From NCBI GenBank assembly GCA_038217285.1, contig JBBQPO010000041.1, forward strand, positions 1 to 29,269: DNA of 29,269 nucleotides, written 5' to 3'. Numbering within the stretch: the first letter of the stretch is position 1; every line of letters begins with the position of its first letter. Below are positions 16,207 to 25,138 of the stretch, in pieces. The notes beneath the pieces were generated by a model, which worked only from the letters and a program-made list of their open reading frames with translations, had not been told where the DNA came from and ran no database searches. This stretch comes from Chthonomonadales bacterium (GTDB taxonomy: Bacteria; Armatimonadota; Chthonomonadetes; Chthonomonadales; Chthonomonadaceae). The position numbers and the translations under genes are program-made.

Positions 16207-17202
16207 ATGATTCACAAACTGATTATTATAGGTTCCGGGCCAGCGGGTTACACCGCCGCCCTCTATGCGGCGCGGGCGAACTTGAAGCCCCTGATGATCG
16301 ACGGCGGCGTGGGCAAAGGGCAGGATATGCTGGGTGCGGGCGGGCAGTTGACGATTACGACCGAGGTGGAGAACTATCCCGGATTCGAGCATGGTATTCA
16401 AGGCCCGGAGCTGATGCACGTTATGCGGAAGCAAGTGCTGCGGTTCGGCACCGAAATCGTCGAAGACATCGTTACGAAGGTAGATATGAGCGAACGGCCC
16501 TTCAAAGTCTGGGTGGGAGACGATCTCTATCAGGCGCGGACGCTGATCATCGCGACCGGAGCCTCCGCCAAATGGATAGGAATTCCGGAGGAGAAGCCGG
16601 TCTGGGAAGGCGGCCTGGGCGGAGCCGGAATCTCGGCATGCGCGACCTGCGACGGCTTCTTCTTCAAAGGCAAGGAGATCGGAGTCGTGGGCGGTGGGGA
16701 TACCGCGATGGAAGAGGCCGTCTATCTGACCAACCATGCCAGCAAGGTCTACGTCATCCATCGCCGTGACACGCTGCGCGCCTCGAAGATCATGCAGGAG
16801 CGCGCCTTCAAGAATCCCAAGATCGAGTTCATCTGGAACGCCGCGGTCGAGCGCGTACACGATCCTGTCGCCAAGCGCGTTACCGGGGTCACCCTGCGCG
16901 ACACCGTCACCTCCGCGACCCGCGAACTGCCGATTCAGGGCCTCTTTGTCGCTATCGGTCACCGGCCGAACACCGACCTCTTTGCGGGCCAACTGGAGTG
17001 CGATGAGAACGGTTATCTCCGCACCGAGTATGATGTCCGGACCAACAAATACGCCGTCTTTGCCTGCGGCGATGTGCAGGATCACGAATACCGACAGGCA
17101 ATCACAGCGGCAGGGTCAGGCTGCATGGCCGCGATCCAGGCCGAGCGTCTGCTTGAACTGGAAGGCGACACCGATATTCTGGAAACCCCTACACACTGGT
17201 AG
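16207..17202 (+). CDS. trxB: Thioredoxin-disulfide reductase
   Basis: IIGSGPAGYTAALYAARA, GGQLTITTEVENYPGF, SACATCDG (CxxC), VGGGDTAMEEA, HRRDTLRA and FACGDVQD...RQAITAAGSGC. Confidence 0.97.
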   Translation: MIHKLIIIGSGPAGYTAALYAARANLKPLMIDGGVGKGQDMLGAGGQLTITTEVENYPGFEHGIQGPELMHVMRKQVLRFGTEIVEDIVTKVDMSERPFKVWVGDDLYQARTLIIATGASAKWIGIPEEKPVWEGGLGGAGISACATCDGFFFKGKEIGVVGGGDTAMEEAVYLTNHASKVYVIHRRDTLRASKIMQERAFKNPKIEFIWNAAVERVHDPVAKRVTGVTLRDTVTSATRELPIQGLFVAIGHRPNTDLFAGQLECDENGYLRTEYDVRTNKYAVFACGDVQDHEYRQAITAAGSGCMAAIQAERLLELEGDTDILETPTHW

Positions 17203-17293
17203 GAGTTTGCCGTTGAGGCGCCGATACCCTGCGGCGTAAGAGCCTATCCCAATTAGGAGGGCTTTCCCGCTCCTCTGTGCGCCATTTCAAGAG

Positions 17294-18709
17294 TCAGTGC
17301 GCTCTGCCCGTCGCCAGGGCATAGAACATGAACGCCGCTGCCGCGCCCATCAGAGCGACCGCAGTCCAGCCCAGCAGGTTAGACCACATGCGGTTGCTCC
17401 GTCCGGCCATCACTTTGCGGTTGTTGCAGATCAGCAGGAGCAACACGATAAGCGGCGGGGCGACGACCGCATTCAGCACGGCGGAGTAGAGCAGCGCCTT
17501 GATTGGACTGAACTTCTGGTAGAAGTTGAGCAGATAGCCGGCCACCGTCACCGCGATGATGGTCCAGTAAAACTTATCCGCGCGACGGAACCGACGATAA
17601 AGCCCATAGCGCCAGCCCATCGTCTCCGAAACCGCGTAGGCCACCGACCCGGTCAACGTAGGAATAGCGAGCAGGCCCGTGCCCAGAATGCCGACGGTGA
17701 AGAGCACGTAGGCGGCATTTCCAAGCGGCTTCAAAGCCAGTGCTGCATCCTGCGCCGTGTTGATATCGGTCGTGCCTTTGGCGTGGAGCGTCGCGGCAGT
17801 ACAGATCATGATGAAGAAGGTCGCGACCTGAGAGGCCACCATGCCGACAATCGTGTCCGCGCGGATAGCCCGGATTTCAGATGTGGTCACGCGGTGCGTA
17901 CGGCGCCCCGGCTCGATGGCAGCGCCTTCCGCAATCTCCTCTTCCACGGTTTCACCGGCTTGCCAGAAGAACAGGTACGGCGAAATGGTGGTGCCGAGAA
18001 ACCCGACAACCGTCAAGATGAAGCCAGGGCTGTGCGACCAGCGCGGCACAAAGCCCCGCGCCATTTCACCCCAGTTGTGATGTACGGTGGGCCAAAAGGC
18101 CGTCGCAACATAAGAGAGCAGCGCCAAACTTAGCCATTTCAGTATTTTTACGTAGCGGCGGTAGGGAACGAACACCTGCAAGACGATTATCGTCAGGGTA
18201 AGGACGGCGAGCCAGAAGTGAAAGGGCAGTCCAAACAGCATTGTGGCGGAGGCTGCCATGACGTTCAGGTCGGCGTAGACATTCGCTGTATTGGCCCCGA
18301 TCAACAGAAACACGGCCCCGAACATCATCCATTTCGGGTAGTGTTCCTTCAGAACGCCTGCGAGGCCTTTGCCGGTGACTGCGCCGATGCGCCCGCACAT
18401 CTCCTGAACCGCGATCATCAGGGGGATACAGACAGGGACGAGCCACAGCAGTCCATAACCGAACTGCGCCCCCGCGACCGAATACGTGCCGATTCCCGAA
18501 GGATCGTCGTCCGCCACACCGGTGATGAGTCCCGGTCCAAGCCGCTGGAGAAAACTTTTCTTCTTCGCCTCGATCGCCTCGCAACGCGCGTCGATCAGAT
18601 CCGCTTCATCGAGCTCCTGCTCGTCGGGTGGTTCGTCAGGAAAGTGGTTGACGCCGTCGGCTTGCGCCACCTCCTTACACTCGTCTACCGGGCTCTTTTC
18701 TTCAGGCAT
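17294..18709 (-). CDS. NRAMP-family divalent metal (Mn2+/Fe2+/Mg2+) transporter
   Basis: LGPGLITGVADDDPSGIGTYSVAGAQFGY, QEMCGRIGAVTGKGL and GTTISPYLFFWQ; multi-TM. Start placed at ATG 18709 (MPEEKS) with a GGAG RBS. Confidence 0.92.
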   Translation of the reverse strand: MPEEKSPVDECKEVAQADGVNHFPDEPPDEQELDEADLIDARCEAIEAKKKSFLQRLGPGLITGVADDDPSGIGTYSVAGAQFGYGLLWLVPVCIPLMIAVQEMCGRIGAVTGKGLAGVLKEHYPKWMMFGAVFLLIGANTANVYADLNVMAASATMLFGLPFHFWLAVLTLTIIVLQVFVPYRRYVKILKWLSLALLSYVATAFWPTVHHNWGEMARGFVPRWSHSPGFILTVVGFLGTTISPYLFFWQAGETVEEEIAEGAAIEPGRRTHRVTTSEIRAIRADTIVGMVASQVATFFIMICTAATLHAKGTTDINTAQDAALALKPLGNAAYVLFTVGILGTGLLAIPTLTGSVAYAVSETMGWRYGLYRRFRRADKFYWTIIAVTVAGYLLNFYQKFSPIKALLYSAVLNAVVAPPLIVLLLLICNNRKVMAGRSNRMWSNLLGWTAVALMGAAAAFMFYALATGRAH

Positions 18710-18838
18710 CCTGATTCTCCATACTGTTATTGCTGATAAAATGGCCCCGTCAGGAACCCCATTCGCAGACATGACGACAGAGTCCGTTCGGTTCTTCCCG
18801 GCCTGCGCATCCCGGGAGCCGACACCATGGAGCACAAA

Positions 18839-19870
18839 ATGATCTGCCCTCTCCCGATCCAAAAGTATACTGGCTGTCTGCTAGGCGCGGCCATCGGCGA
18901 CGCTCTGAGTACGCCCTTTACCGGAATGACTGGTGAGCAGATCGCGGAGACGGGCCGCGTCGGGCAGTTTCAGCCGGCACGAGAATCCCGCTCTTTCCTC
19001 ATTCCCATAGGCGAGATCGCCGAAGCAGAACTCGGCGACCGATTGACCGCAGGACAGTGGACGGAAGACGTCCAGTTGCTCCTGGCGCTGGCGGACGCGC
19101 TCATCGACGAGAACGGCGCCTTTATTCCCGAGGCCTGGGCGCACAGTCTGGTACGCTGGCTCAACGGCGAACCGCGCTCCCCTGGTGTCTCGACCCTGCA
19201 GGCCGCCATCCAACTGCGTACGAGCGGTGTGCTCTGGGATGAAGCCGCCGATCCCGAAGGGGCCGGTTGCGGCGCGGCCGCCCGTGTTGCGCCTGTCGCC
19301 CTGCTGTTCCCCACGAACGCGAAGGAACGCGGCAGGGTCGCCGTCACCCAGGCGCTGGTGACGCATGAGCATCCGGATGCCCAGGCCGCAGCGCTCGCTG
19401 TCGCAGAAGCCATCGCGATGGTGCTGCCGCTCGAAGGTTCCGACCTCGCACAGTGGGACGGCTCCGCCTTCCTCGCGGAGTTGATCGCCCGTGTCGCGGC
19501 GCACTCTCCACACTTTGCAGAGTTTGCCCGCTGCCTTGTTCTCGCCCGAACTCTGCTCGAGGACGGGGTGGAACTTGCCACCGCCGTGCGCGTCCTTGGA
19601 ACCACCGGCTGGTCGCGCGAGGCCGTGCCCTGTGCGCTCTTCTGCGTGGCGCACTCACCGCAGAGCTTCGAAGCTCTGCTGCTTCAAGTCGTTGCGATGA
19701 CGGCAGGGTCAACCGAGGCCTTAGCCTGCATGGTCGGCGCGATAGCAGGGGCGATGCACGGCCTGGACGCGATTCCGATGCACTGGCGGGCAGGTGTCGA
19801 AGCGGGCCAGAGCATCCTCGGGACGGCGCGGACTCTCCACGCACTCGCCAACCCTGCACCCTCCTCTTGA
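18839..19870 (+). CDS. ADP-ribosylglycohydrolase (DraG/ARH) family protein with degenerate metal-binding motifs
   Basis: GCLLGAAIGDAL, GQWTEDV, GCGAAARVAPV, VTHEHP and GAIAGAMHGLDAIPMHW. ATG 18839 has a GGAG RBS; ATG 18827 is an alternative start. Confidence 0.85.
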   Translation: MICPLPIQKYTGCLLGAAIGDALSTPFTGMTGEQIAETGRVGQFQPARESRSFLIPIGEIAEAELGDRLTAGQWTEDVQLLLALADALIDENGAFIPEAWAHSLVRWLNGEPRSPGVSTLQAAIQLRTSGVLWDEAADPEGAGCGAAARVAPVALLFPTNAKERGRVAVTQALVTHEHPDAQAAALAVAEAIAMVLPLEGSDLAQWDGSAFLAELIARVAAHSPHFAEFARCLVLARTLLEDGVELATAVRVLGTTGWSREAVPCALFCVAHSPQSFEALLLQVVAMTAGSTEALACMVGAIAGAMHGLDAIPMHWRAGVEAGQSILGTARTLHALANPAPSS

Positions 19871-19896
19871 CAAGAGGCCGCTCTTCCCACTATTAT
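19863..19896 (+). promoter_or_regulatory. Sigma70-like promoter for the DeoR gene with a palindrome over the -35 box
   Basis: TTGACA (19867-19872), N18, TATTAT (19891-19896). CCTCTTG-A-CAAGAGG at 19863-19877 is a perfect 7-1-7 palindrome. Confidence 0.55.
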
Positions 19897-19949
19897 AGAC
19901 CCACATCGCCTCCTGATTGTAGCAGGGCGGCAGATGATCGACAGGCGAA

Positions 19950-20762
19950 ATGAGAAACAGTGTGAACGAGGCCGGGGAGCGAGAACCTCAAAACGGGCTT
20001 TTTGCCGAGGAGCGACAGCGGGCCATTCTGGAGCTGCTCCGGCAGAAGGGCAAAGTCACGGTCGAAGAGTTGACGCTCACCTTTCGCGTATCTCCCCCTA
20101 CGATCCGTACCGATCTCTCCCGGCTGGAAGAGCAGGCGCTGCTGCGCCGAACGCATGGTGGCGCGCTCGCTATCGGCAACACGCTCTACGAGCCGCCCTA
20201 CGCCGAACGCGCCGTGCTGCGACAGCAGGAGAAGCGCGCTATCGCCCGCGCTGCCGTCGCGCTGGTGCATGAAGGCGAGACGCTGCTGCTGGACGCAGGC
20301 ACCACCTGCCACGAAATAGCGCTGCTGCTGAAGGAGTTCTATCGCCTGACCGTCGTCACCAACTCCCTCACGTCGGCGCAGGTGCTGGCGGAGAACGACA
20401 ATATCGAAACCATTGTCATCGGCGGCACCCTGCAGCCGCGCCGCTGCGCGACGCTCGGTACGCTCGCGGCGCACTTTCTGGAGCCGATCCGGTGTGACCG
20501 CTCCTTTGTGGCCGTAAGCGGCGTCCATCCGCTGGCCGGTTTCACCGTCGTCGATTTCGACGCCGCCCAGGTCAAACGCAAGATGTTGGAGAAGGGCAAA
20601 CAGGCGGTCGCGGTCGCGGATTCGAGCAAACTGGGCCAGGTGGCCTTCGCCTGCGTCGCCTCACTGGCCGATGCCGACCTTTTGATCACCGACTCAGGCG
20701 CGACCGCAGACGATCGCATCGATCTGGAAGCCGCCGGACTACGCGTCCATATCGCCGGCTAG
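19950..20762 (+). CDS. DeoR/GlpR family transcriptional regulator
   Basis: EERQRAILELL...VSPPTIRTDLSRLE...LRRTHGGA (HTH), EKRAIARAA, LDAGTT, TVVTNS, ADSSK and LITD. Confidence 0.95.
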   Translation: MRNSVNEAGEREPQNGLFAEERQRAILELLRQKGKVTVEELTLTFRVSPPTIRTDLSRLEEQALLRRTHGGALAIGNTLYEPPYAERAVLRQQEKRAIARAAVALVHEGETLLLDAGTTCHEIALLLKEFYRLTVVTNSLTSAQVLAENDNIETIVIGGTLQPRRCATLGTLAAHFLEPIRCDRSFVAVSGVHPLAGFTVVDFDAAQVKRKMLEKGKQAVAVADSSKLGQVAFACVASLADADLLITDSGATADDRIDLEAAGLRVHIAG

Positions 20763-20767
20763 GTACG

Positions 20768-21550
20768 CTACCACGTACCGGGCATCTGGACCGGAGCGCC
20801 GTTGGCAATGGCGGCGGGATTCGTGGCGCAGAGGCGGTGGGCGGTCTCGACACCGAACATTTCGATGAGACGGCGGTAGGCGCCGCGCAGGGTGGGCGGA
20901 CGCCAGGTCGGAGAGTGGCAGTCGGAGGAGATGAGGCCCGCCATTCCCTGCTCCAGAATCCAGGTGGAGGCCGAGAGCGCCCATTTGCCGTTGTCGCCTT
21001 CGAGGCTCATTGCGGTCAGTTGGAGCAGTGCGCCCGCCTCGACATATTCGCGCACCAGTTCCGGATCTCGCTGGATGACGGCGTTGCGTTCCGGGTGCGC
21101 CAGGACCGGGCGAATGCCGACCGCGACGATACGCGCCAGGGCGTCGGCGATCCAGCCAGGCAGGTTGTCGAAGGGCGGCTCGACCAGGCAGTATCTGCCT
21201 GTATCGCCGAGGGAAAGCACCTTTCCGGCCAGGAGCTCTTCCGCCGTTTCCGGGCGCAGAGGTATCTCCTGCCCCGGCAGCAGAGTGATGCGACGACCCG
21301 CCGCGCGCTGTACCAGTTCGGACTGAACATCGGCGGTGAGGCGGCGCACGAGATCCGGCGTATTCTCCCGTCCGCCCCAGTAGCGGTGCGGTGTCGCGAT
21401 CATCACGCGGGTGCCGTAGCGCGCCGCCACGCACAACATCCCCAGGGAGTCCTGCATCGAGGCCGAACCATCGTCGATCGCGGGCAGCGGGTGAGAATGA
21501 ATGTCAACGCCTTCGGAGAAGCGGTGCGTCGGTTCGGGCGGTGCGGTCAA
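20768..21550 (-). CDS. CpsB/CapC (YwqE-like) PHP-family protein-tyrosine phosphatase
   Basis: DIHSHPLPAIDDG, IATPH, PGQE, LVE, PVLAHPERN and SSDCH...R. TTG start with AAGGAG RBS. Confidence 0.92.
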   Translation of the reverse strand: MTAPPEPTHRFSEGVDIHSHPLPAIDDGSASMQDSLGMLCVAARYGTRVMIATPHRYWGGRENTPDLVRRLTADVQSELVQRAAGRRITLLPGQEIPLRPETAEELLAGKVLSLGDTGRYCLVEPPFDNLPGWIADALARIVAVGIRPVLAHPERNAVIQRDPELVREYVEAGALLQLTAMSLEGDNGKWALSASTWILEQGMAGLISSDCHSPTWRPPTLRGAYRRLIEMFGVETAHRLCATNPAAIANGAPVQMPGTW

Positions 21551-21645
21551 TGGAACACTCCTTGCAGGGTCACAGGGCCGACGTAAGTGCGTTGCCCCCC
21601 TTTACAGTTCGGCTTCGCCGCCCCGAACCCCTGCCGAGAATCGTC

Positions 21646-22098
21646 ATGCCAGACACGCTGCGGCGTAACACGCGCAAACTCGGTCTGTTCTGCCTTACCG
21701 TCGCCGGGCTCGCGCTGGCGGCGGCCGTCCCGCTGAACTGCGTCCCTGCCGCCCTCCGCGTTGGCGGCGGCTCTCTACTGGCGGGCATGGGACTGGGCCT
21801 CTCTCTGGCACTGGTGACCCGCACCCGGCGTCCGTGGCTGATCTATCTGGCGCTCGCCGTCGGTGTGCTTACCTTTGTCCCCATCCTGCGGGAGTGGCCC
21901 GCAGGAGATGCCTGGGACGTCCATCCGTGGCACGGCGCGCCGCCGGTGGTCTATGGCTATCTGGATGGGCTGCGCACCCTGCTCTATCTGCTCGGGATTT
22001 TCTGGCCGTTCGTCCATTTCGGCCATCATGCGCCCGATCCCATCCCAATCTCACCGCCCTCCGAAAACGACTTCACGGGTGAATCGGAGAAACTGTGA
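21646..22098 (+). CDS. Hypothetical membrane protein (about four TM segments)
   Basis: Hydrophobic 150-aa ORF from ATG 21646, divergent from the phosphatase gene, filling the gap before htrA. No family recognised. Confidence 0.6.
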   Translation: MPDTLRRNTRKLGLFCLTVAGLALAAAVPLNCVPAALRVGGGSLLAGMGLGLSLALVTRTRRPWLIYLALAVGVLTFVPILREWPAGDAWDVHPWHGAPPVVYGYLDGLRTLLYLLGIFWPFVHFGHHAPDPIPISPPSENDFTGESEKL

Positions 22099-22206
22099 CC
22101 GACATCCATGCGTCTTACAGAGTGTGCAGTGGGCCCCTGTCGCCCCTGCACCTCCATCCTGACATACGAATCTACCTTCCGGCGCTTTGTACGGAGAGGA
22201 ACTGCG

Positions 22207-23364
22207 ATGAACCGCCCTATACCCGAACATGATCCTAAACGCCGTTTTTCCTGGCGACCCGTTTTGCTGGTTATCGGGGCCTTCCTGTTGGGAGGGCTTC
22301 TGCTCCCGAATCTTCAGATCCGCTGGCAGGAACCACATAGCAAGGCCGAAACAGGCGTCGGACTCGGGGTCGTCCCGGACGCGCCCGCGCCGCTCGCGGA
22401 ATCGGAGATGTATGCCCGCGCGGCGCAGATTGCCGGACCCGCGATCGTCAAGATCGATACCCAGCAGAACGTGCCGGCCGACGTCATGAACGAAGGCTGG
22501 ATGAACAGTGGCGGCTCCCAGGTGCAGAAGTCGGAAGGCTCCGGCATCATCATCAACAAGAACGGCGACATCCTGACCAACGAACATGTGGTCGGCCCCG
22601 TCAATGAGGCCGGCAAACAGATCGTCGTCACGCTTAACGACGGCACGGGCCGCAAAGTCCCCGGCACGGTGATCGGTGCCGATCATCAGACGGATGTCGC
22701 GCTGGTCCATATCGACGCGCCGGATCTCCATGCCGCCCATATCGGCACGGTCAAGGGGCTGGTTCCCGGCCAGTTGGCGGTCGCCATCGGCAATCCACTC
22801 GGCTTCCAGTTCACCGTAACGCACGGCGTTATCAGCGCCCTGGGCAGACCGATCGCCGAAGAGCGCCAGGGCCGTGTCTATGAGAACCTCATCCAGACCG
22901 ACTGCGCCATCAATCCCGGCAACTCCGGCGGCGCTCTTGTCAATATTCAGGGGCAGGTGATCGGCATCAATACGATCGTCGCGACGAATGCCCAGGGTAT
23001 CGGCTTCGCCATTCCGATCGATACCGCGCTGCGCGTCGCCGAGGAGTTGAAGCGCTTTGGCCGGGTGAAACGCCCCTGGCTCGGACTGCTGGTGATGACC
23101 AACAACAGCGCCTTCGCCAACTACTACAATCTGCCGAACATCGCCGGTGTGGTTGCGCTGAAGCTCTCGGGGAACGGTCCCGGCGCGGAGGCGGGCATCA
23201 ACCGGGGCGACGTCCTGACAAAGATCAATGCCCAGTCCGTCCATTCCGAAGAGGAGTTCAAGACCATCGAGAGAAAACTCGCCATCGGGCAGAAGGTGAC
23301 CGTCGAGCTGATGCGCGGCGATCAATCGGGCAAAGGCACCCTCACAGTAGGCGAGGCCCCATGA
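22207..23364 (+). CDS. HtrA/DegP-family trypsin-like serine protease with one PDZ domain, N-terminal membrane anchor
   Basis: GSGIII, LTNEHVV (His), TDVAL (Asp), AIGNPLG, IQTDCAINPGNSGGAL (Ser), GIGFAIP, and RPWLG followed by a PDZ domain. ATG 22207 with GGAGAGGA RBS. Confidence 0.95.
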   Translation: MNRPIPEHDPKRRFSWRPVLLVIGAFLLGGLLLPNLQIRWQEPHSKAETGVGLGVVPDAPAPLAESEMYARAAQIAGPAIVKIDTQQNVPADVMNEGWMNSGGSQVQKSEGSGIIINKNGDILTNEHVVGPVNEAGKQIVVTLNDGTGRKVPGTVIGADHQTDVALVHIDAPDLHAAHIGTVKGLVPGQLAVAIGNPLGFQFTVTHGVISALGRPIAEERQGRVYENLIQTDCAINPGNSGGALVNIQGQVIGINTIVATNAQGIGFAIPIDTALRVAEELKRFGRVKRPWLGLLVMTNNSAFANYYNLPNIAGVVALKLSGNGPGAEAGINRGDVLTKINAQSVHSEEEFKTIERKLAIGQKVTVELMRGDQSGKGTLTVGEAP

Positions 23365-24095
23365 CAACCCGCCGGAGCGCGATGGAAAAGGGAGAGGAAA
23401 GGGACGCATTGCGGGCGATCGTCCTGGTTTCGGGAGGAATGGACTCCTGTGTGACGGCGGCGATTGCCCACGCCGAAGGCGCGGAGCTCTGCTTCCTGCA
23501 TCTGAACTACGGACAGCGCACGGAACGGCGCGAACTCCAGGCGTTTACGGACCTGGCCGACCACTATGCCGTTCCGCCGTCCCGGCGCATGGCCGCTTCC
23601 ATCGCCCATCTCGCGACTATCGGCGGCAGCAGTCTGACGGATGCCGCCATCCCCGTCACGCAGGCCGATCTGGAGACGACGGAGATTCCCTCCTCCTATG
23701 TGCCGTTCCGAAACGCTCATATCATCAGTGTCGGCGTCTCGTGGGCCGAAGTCATCGGCGCGAAACGGATCTATATCGGCGCGGTCTACGAAGACAGCAG
23801 CGGCTACCCGGACTGTCGTCCCGAATACTACGCCGCCTTCAACCATCTGATCGCGCTGGGAACGGCAGCCGGAGATATTCGCATCGAGACGCCCATTATC
23901 TTTATGACCAAGGACGCGATCATTCGCCGGGGGTTGGAACTTAAGGCTCCCTTGAATCTAACCTGGAGCTGCTATCAAAACGAGGATCGGGCCTGCGGTG
24001 TCTGCGATAGCTGCGCGCTTCGTCTGCGCGGCTTCCAACAGGTCGGCATCGAAGACCCGATTTCCTACGTCGTGCGCCCTCACTATGCCGTTTGA
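23361..24095 (+). CDS. queC: 7-cyano-7-deazaguanine (preQ0) synthase
   Basis: VLVSGGMDS, YGQR, GGSSLTD, YVPFRN, SGYPDC, TWSCY and CGVCDSC (Zn ligands). ATGA overlap with the htrA stop. Confidence 0.95.
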   Translation: MTTRRSAMEKGEERDALRAIVLVSGGMDSCVTAAIAHAEGAELCFLHLNYGQRTERRELQAFTDLADHYAVPPSRRMAASIAHLATIGGSSLTDAAIPVTQADLETTEIPSSYVPFRNAHIISVGVSWAEVIGAKRIYIGAVYEDSSGYPDCRPEYYAAFNHLIALGTAAGDIRIETPIIFMTKDAIIRRGLELKAPLNLTWSCYQNEDRACGVCDSCALRLRGFQQVGIEDPISYVVRPHYAV

Positions 24096-25033
24096 ACGCC
24101 TATTTTGGGGGGAAGGCGGCGATCTATCCGCCCCGCATCCAAACGCGGGATCCGGATGGAAAGAAAGAGAGGCGCCGACCGGCATGGAAACAGGCGATAA
24201 GACGGCGTCCTGTCCTTGTCTTTCTGCTCGTCGCCTTCGCTCTGGTGGGGGGCCTCGTCTGGCACCTCCTGGTTCGTCCCCACGTCGTCGTTCTGCCCTT
24301 CGCCTACAGCGCCGCCCAGGGCTCGATTCGGTTCCGGGTCCAGGTGGCGGACCAGTCCCACCTGGTAGAGTTCGACACCGTGCTTCCAAAAACAACCCTG
24401 GGCCACCGTCTGTACCACCAACTGACCCATGATGAGATAGGCCTGGATCAGATGAACCCCTCCGCCGAATTTGCATTGGGAAGTTTTCGGTATCGTCTCT
24501 CCTACCATCAGATCGAGGAAACGGACCTGCACCCCCATACCGACGGAATTGTTGGCTGCGACCTGTTCGCCCCCTCCCCCGGTTTCGATGGCACGGCCGA
24601 CAGGCAGGGCGCGCGGATCACCCTCGACTTCAAGGCACATCTCCTGACGCTGGAAGACGGCCCGATTCTGGGGCCGCTACACCTGCCGAAAGGCACACTT
24701 CAGACTCCCCTCCTCCGCGACGGGGACGGCGTCTACTACGTTCTCTTGCCGCTCAACAACGGAGCAAGTTACCGTTTCGCGCTGGGAATAGGCACCCGAG
24801 ATGTAGTGCTTCCGGCTGGATCGGTGCTCTTCCCCTCCTCCTCTGGACAAGGCTATGTAAACGCGGCTGGTGTTGTTCCCGTCACGCTAACCGTCCGTGG
24901 TCAGGATCTTACTGTTCTAGCGGTCGCACTCCCCGGCAACAACGCCACCGGTGTGTTGGGCATGAGCCTGCTGGCCAACTACCGTGTCATCATAGATTTT
25001 CGCAGCCTCCGCCTCTACCTTGAACCCACTTAG
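24092..25033 (+). CDS. Membrane-anchored protein with two degenerate retropepsin-like (aspartyl protease) domains
   Basis: TM helix VLVFLLVAFALVGGLVW. First repeat VEFDTV...DGIVGCDLF...ITLDFKAHLLTL; second repeat FALGIGT...GVLGMSLLANYRVIIDFRSLRLYL. These match the GxLG-x(n)-DF architecture of double aspartyl-protease proteins. TTG start is uncertain. Confidence 0.6.
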   Translation: MNAYFGGKAAIYPPRIQTRDPDGKKERRRPAWKQAIRRRPVLVFLLVAFALVGGLVWHLLVRPHVVVLPFAYSAAQGSIRFRVQVADQSHLVEFDTVLPKTTLGHRLYHQLTHDEIGLDQMNPSAEFALGSFRYRLSYHQIEETDLHPHTDGIVGCDLFAPSPGFDGTADRQGARITLDFKAHLLTLEDGPILGPLHLPKGTLQTPLLRDGDGVYYVLLPLNNGASYRFALGIGTRDVVLPAGSVLFPSSSGQGYVNAAGVVPVTLTVRGQDLTVLAVALPGNNATGVLGMSLLANYRVIIDFRSLRLYLEPT

Positions 25034-25138
25034 GTCTGTAAAAGTATAGCTTCCCAAGTCATCCAAGTGGAGTTGCCGTTCTCGGGCGCAGTGGGGCGTT
25101 CTACTGCGGACATATCTCGTGGTACAGGAGCAGTTTCG

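Noticed and set aside
18710-18838. Metal-sensing riboswitch (yybP-ykoY or M-box) upstream of the NRAMP gene
   Set aside because: Only a weak hairpin followed by ATTTT is visible. The divergent intergenic region is short and I could not identify the conserved riboswitch motifs.
23361-24095. QueC as part of an anti-phage system (QatC, CBASS type IV or Dpd-like)
   Set aside because: The protein has canonical length and all housekeeping QueC motifs, with no TatD, ATPase, TGT or cyclase neighbours.
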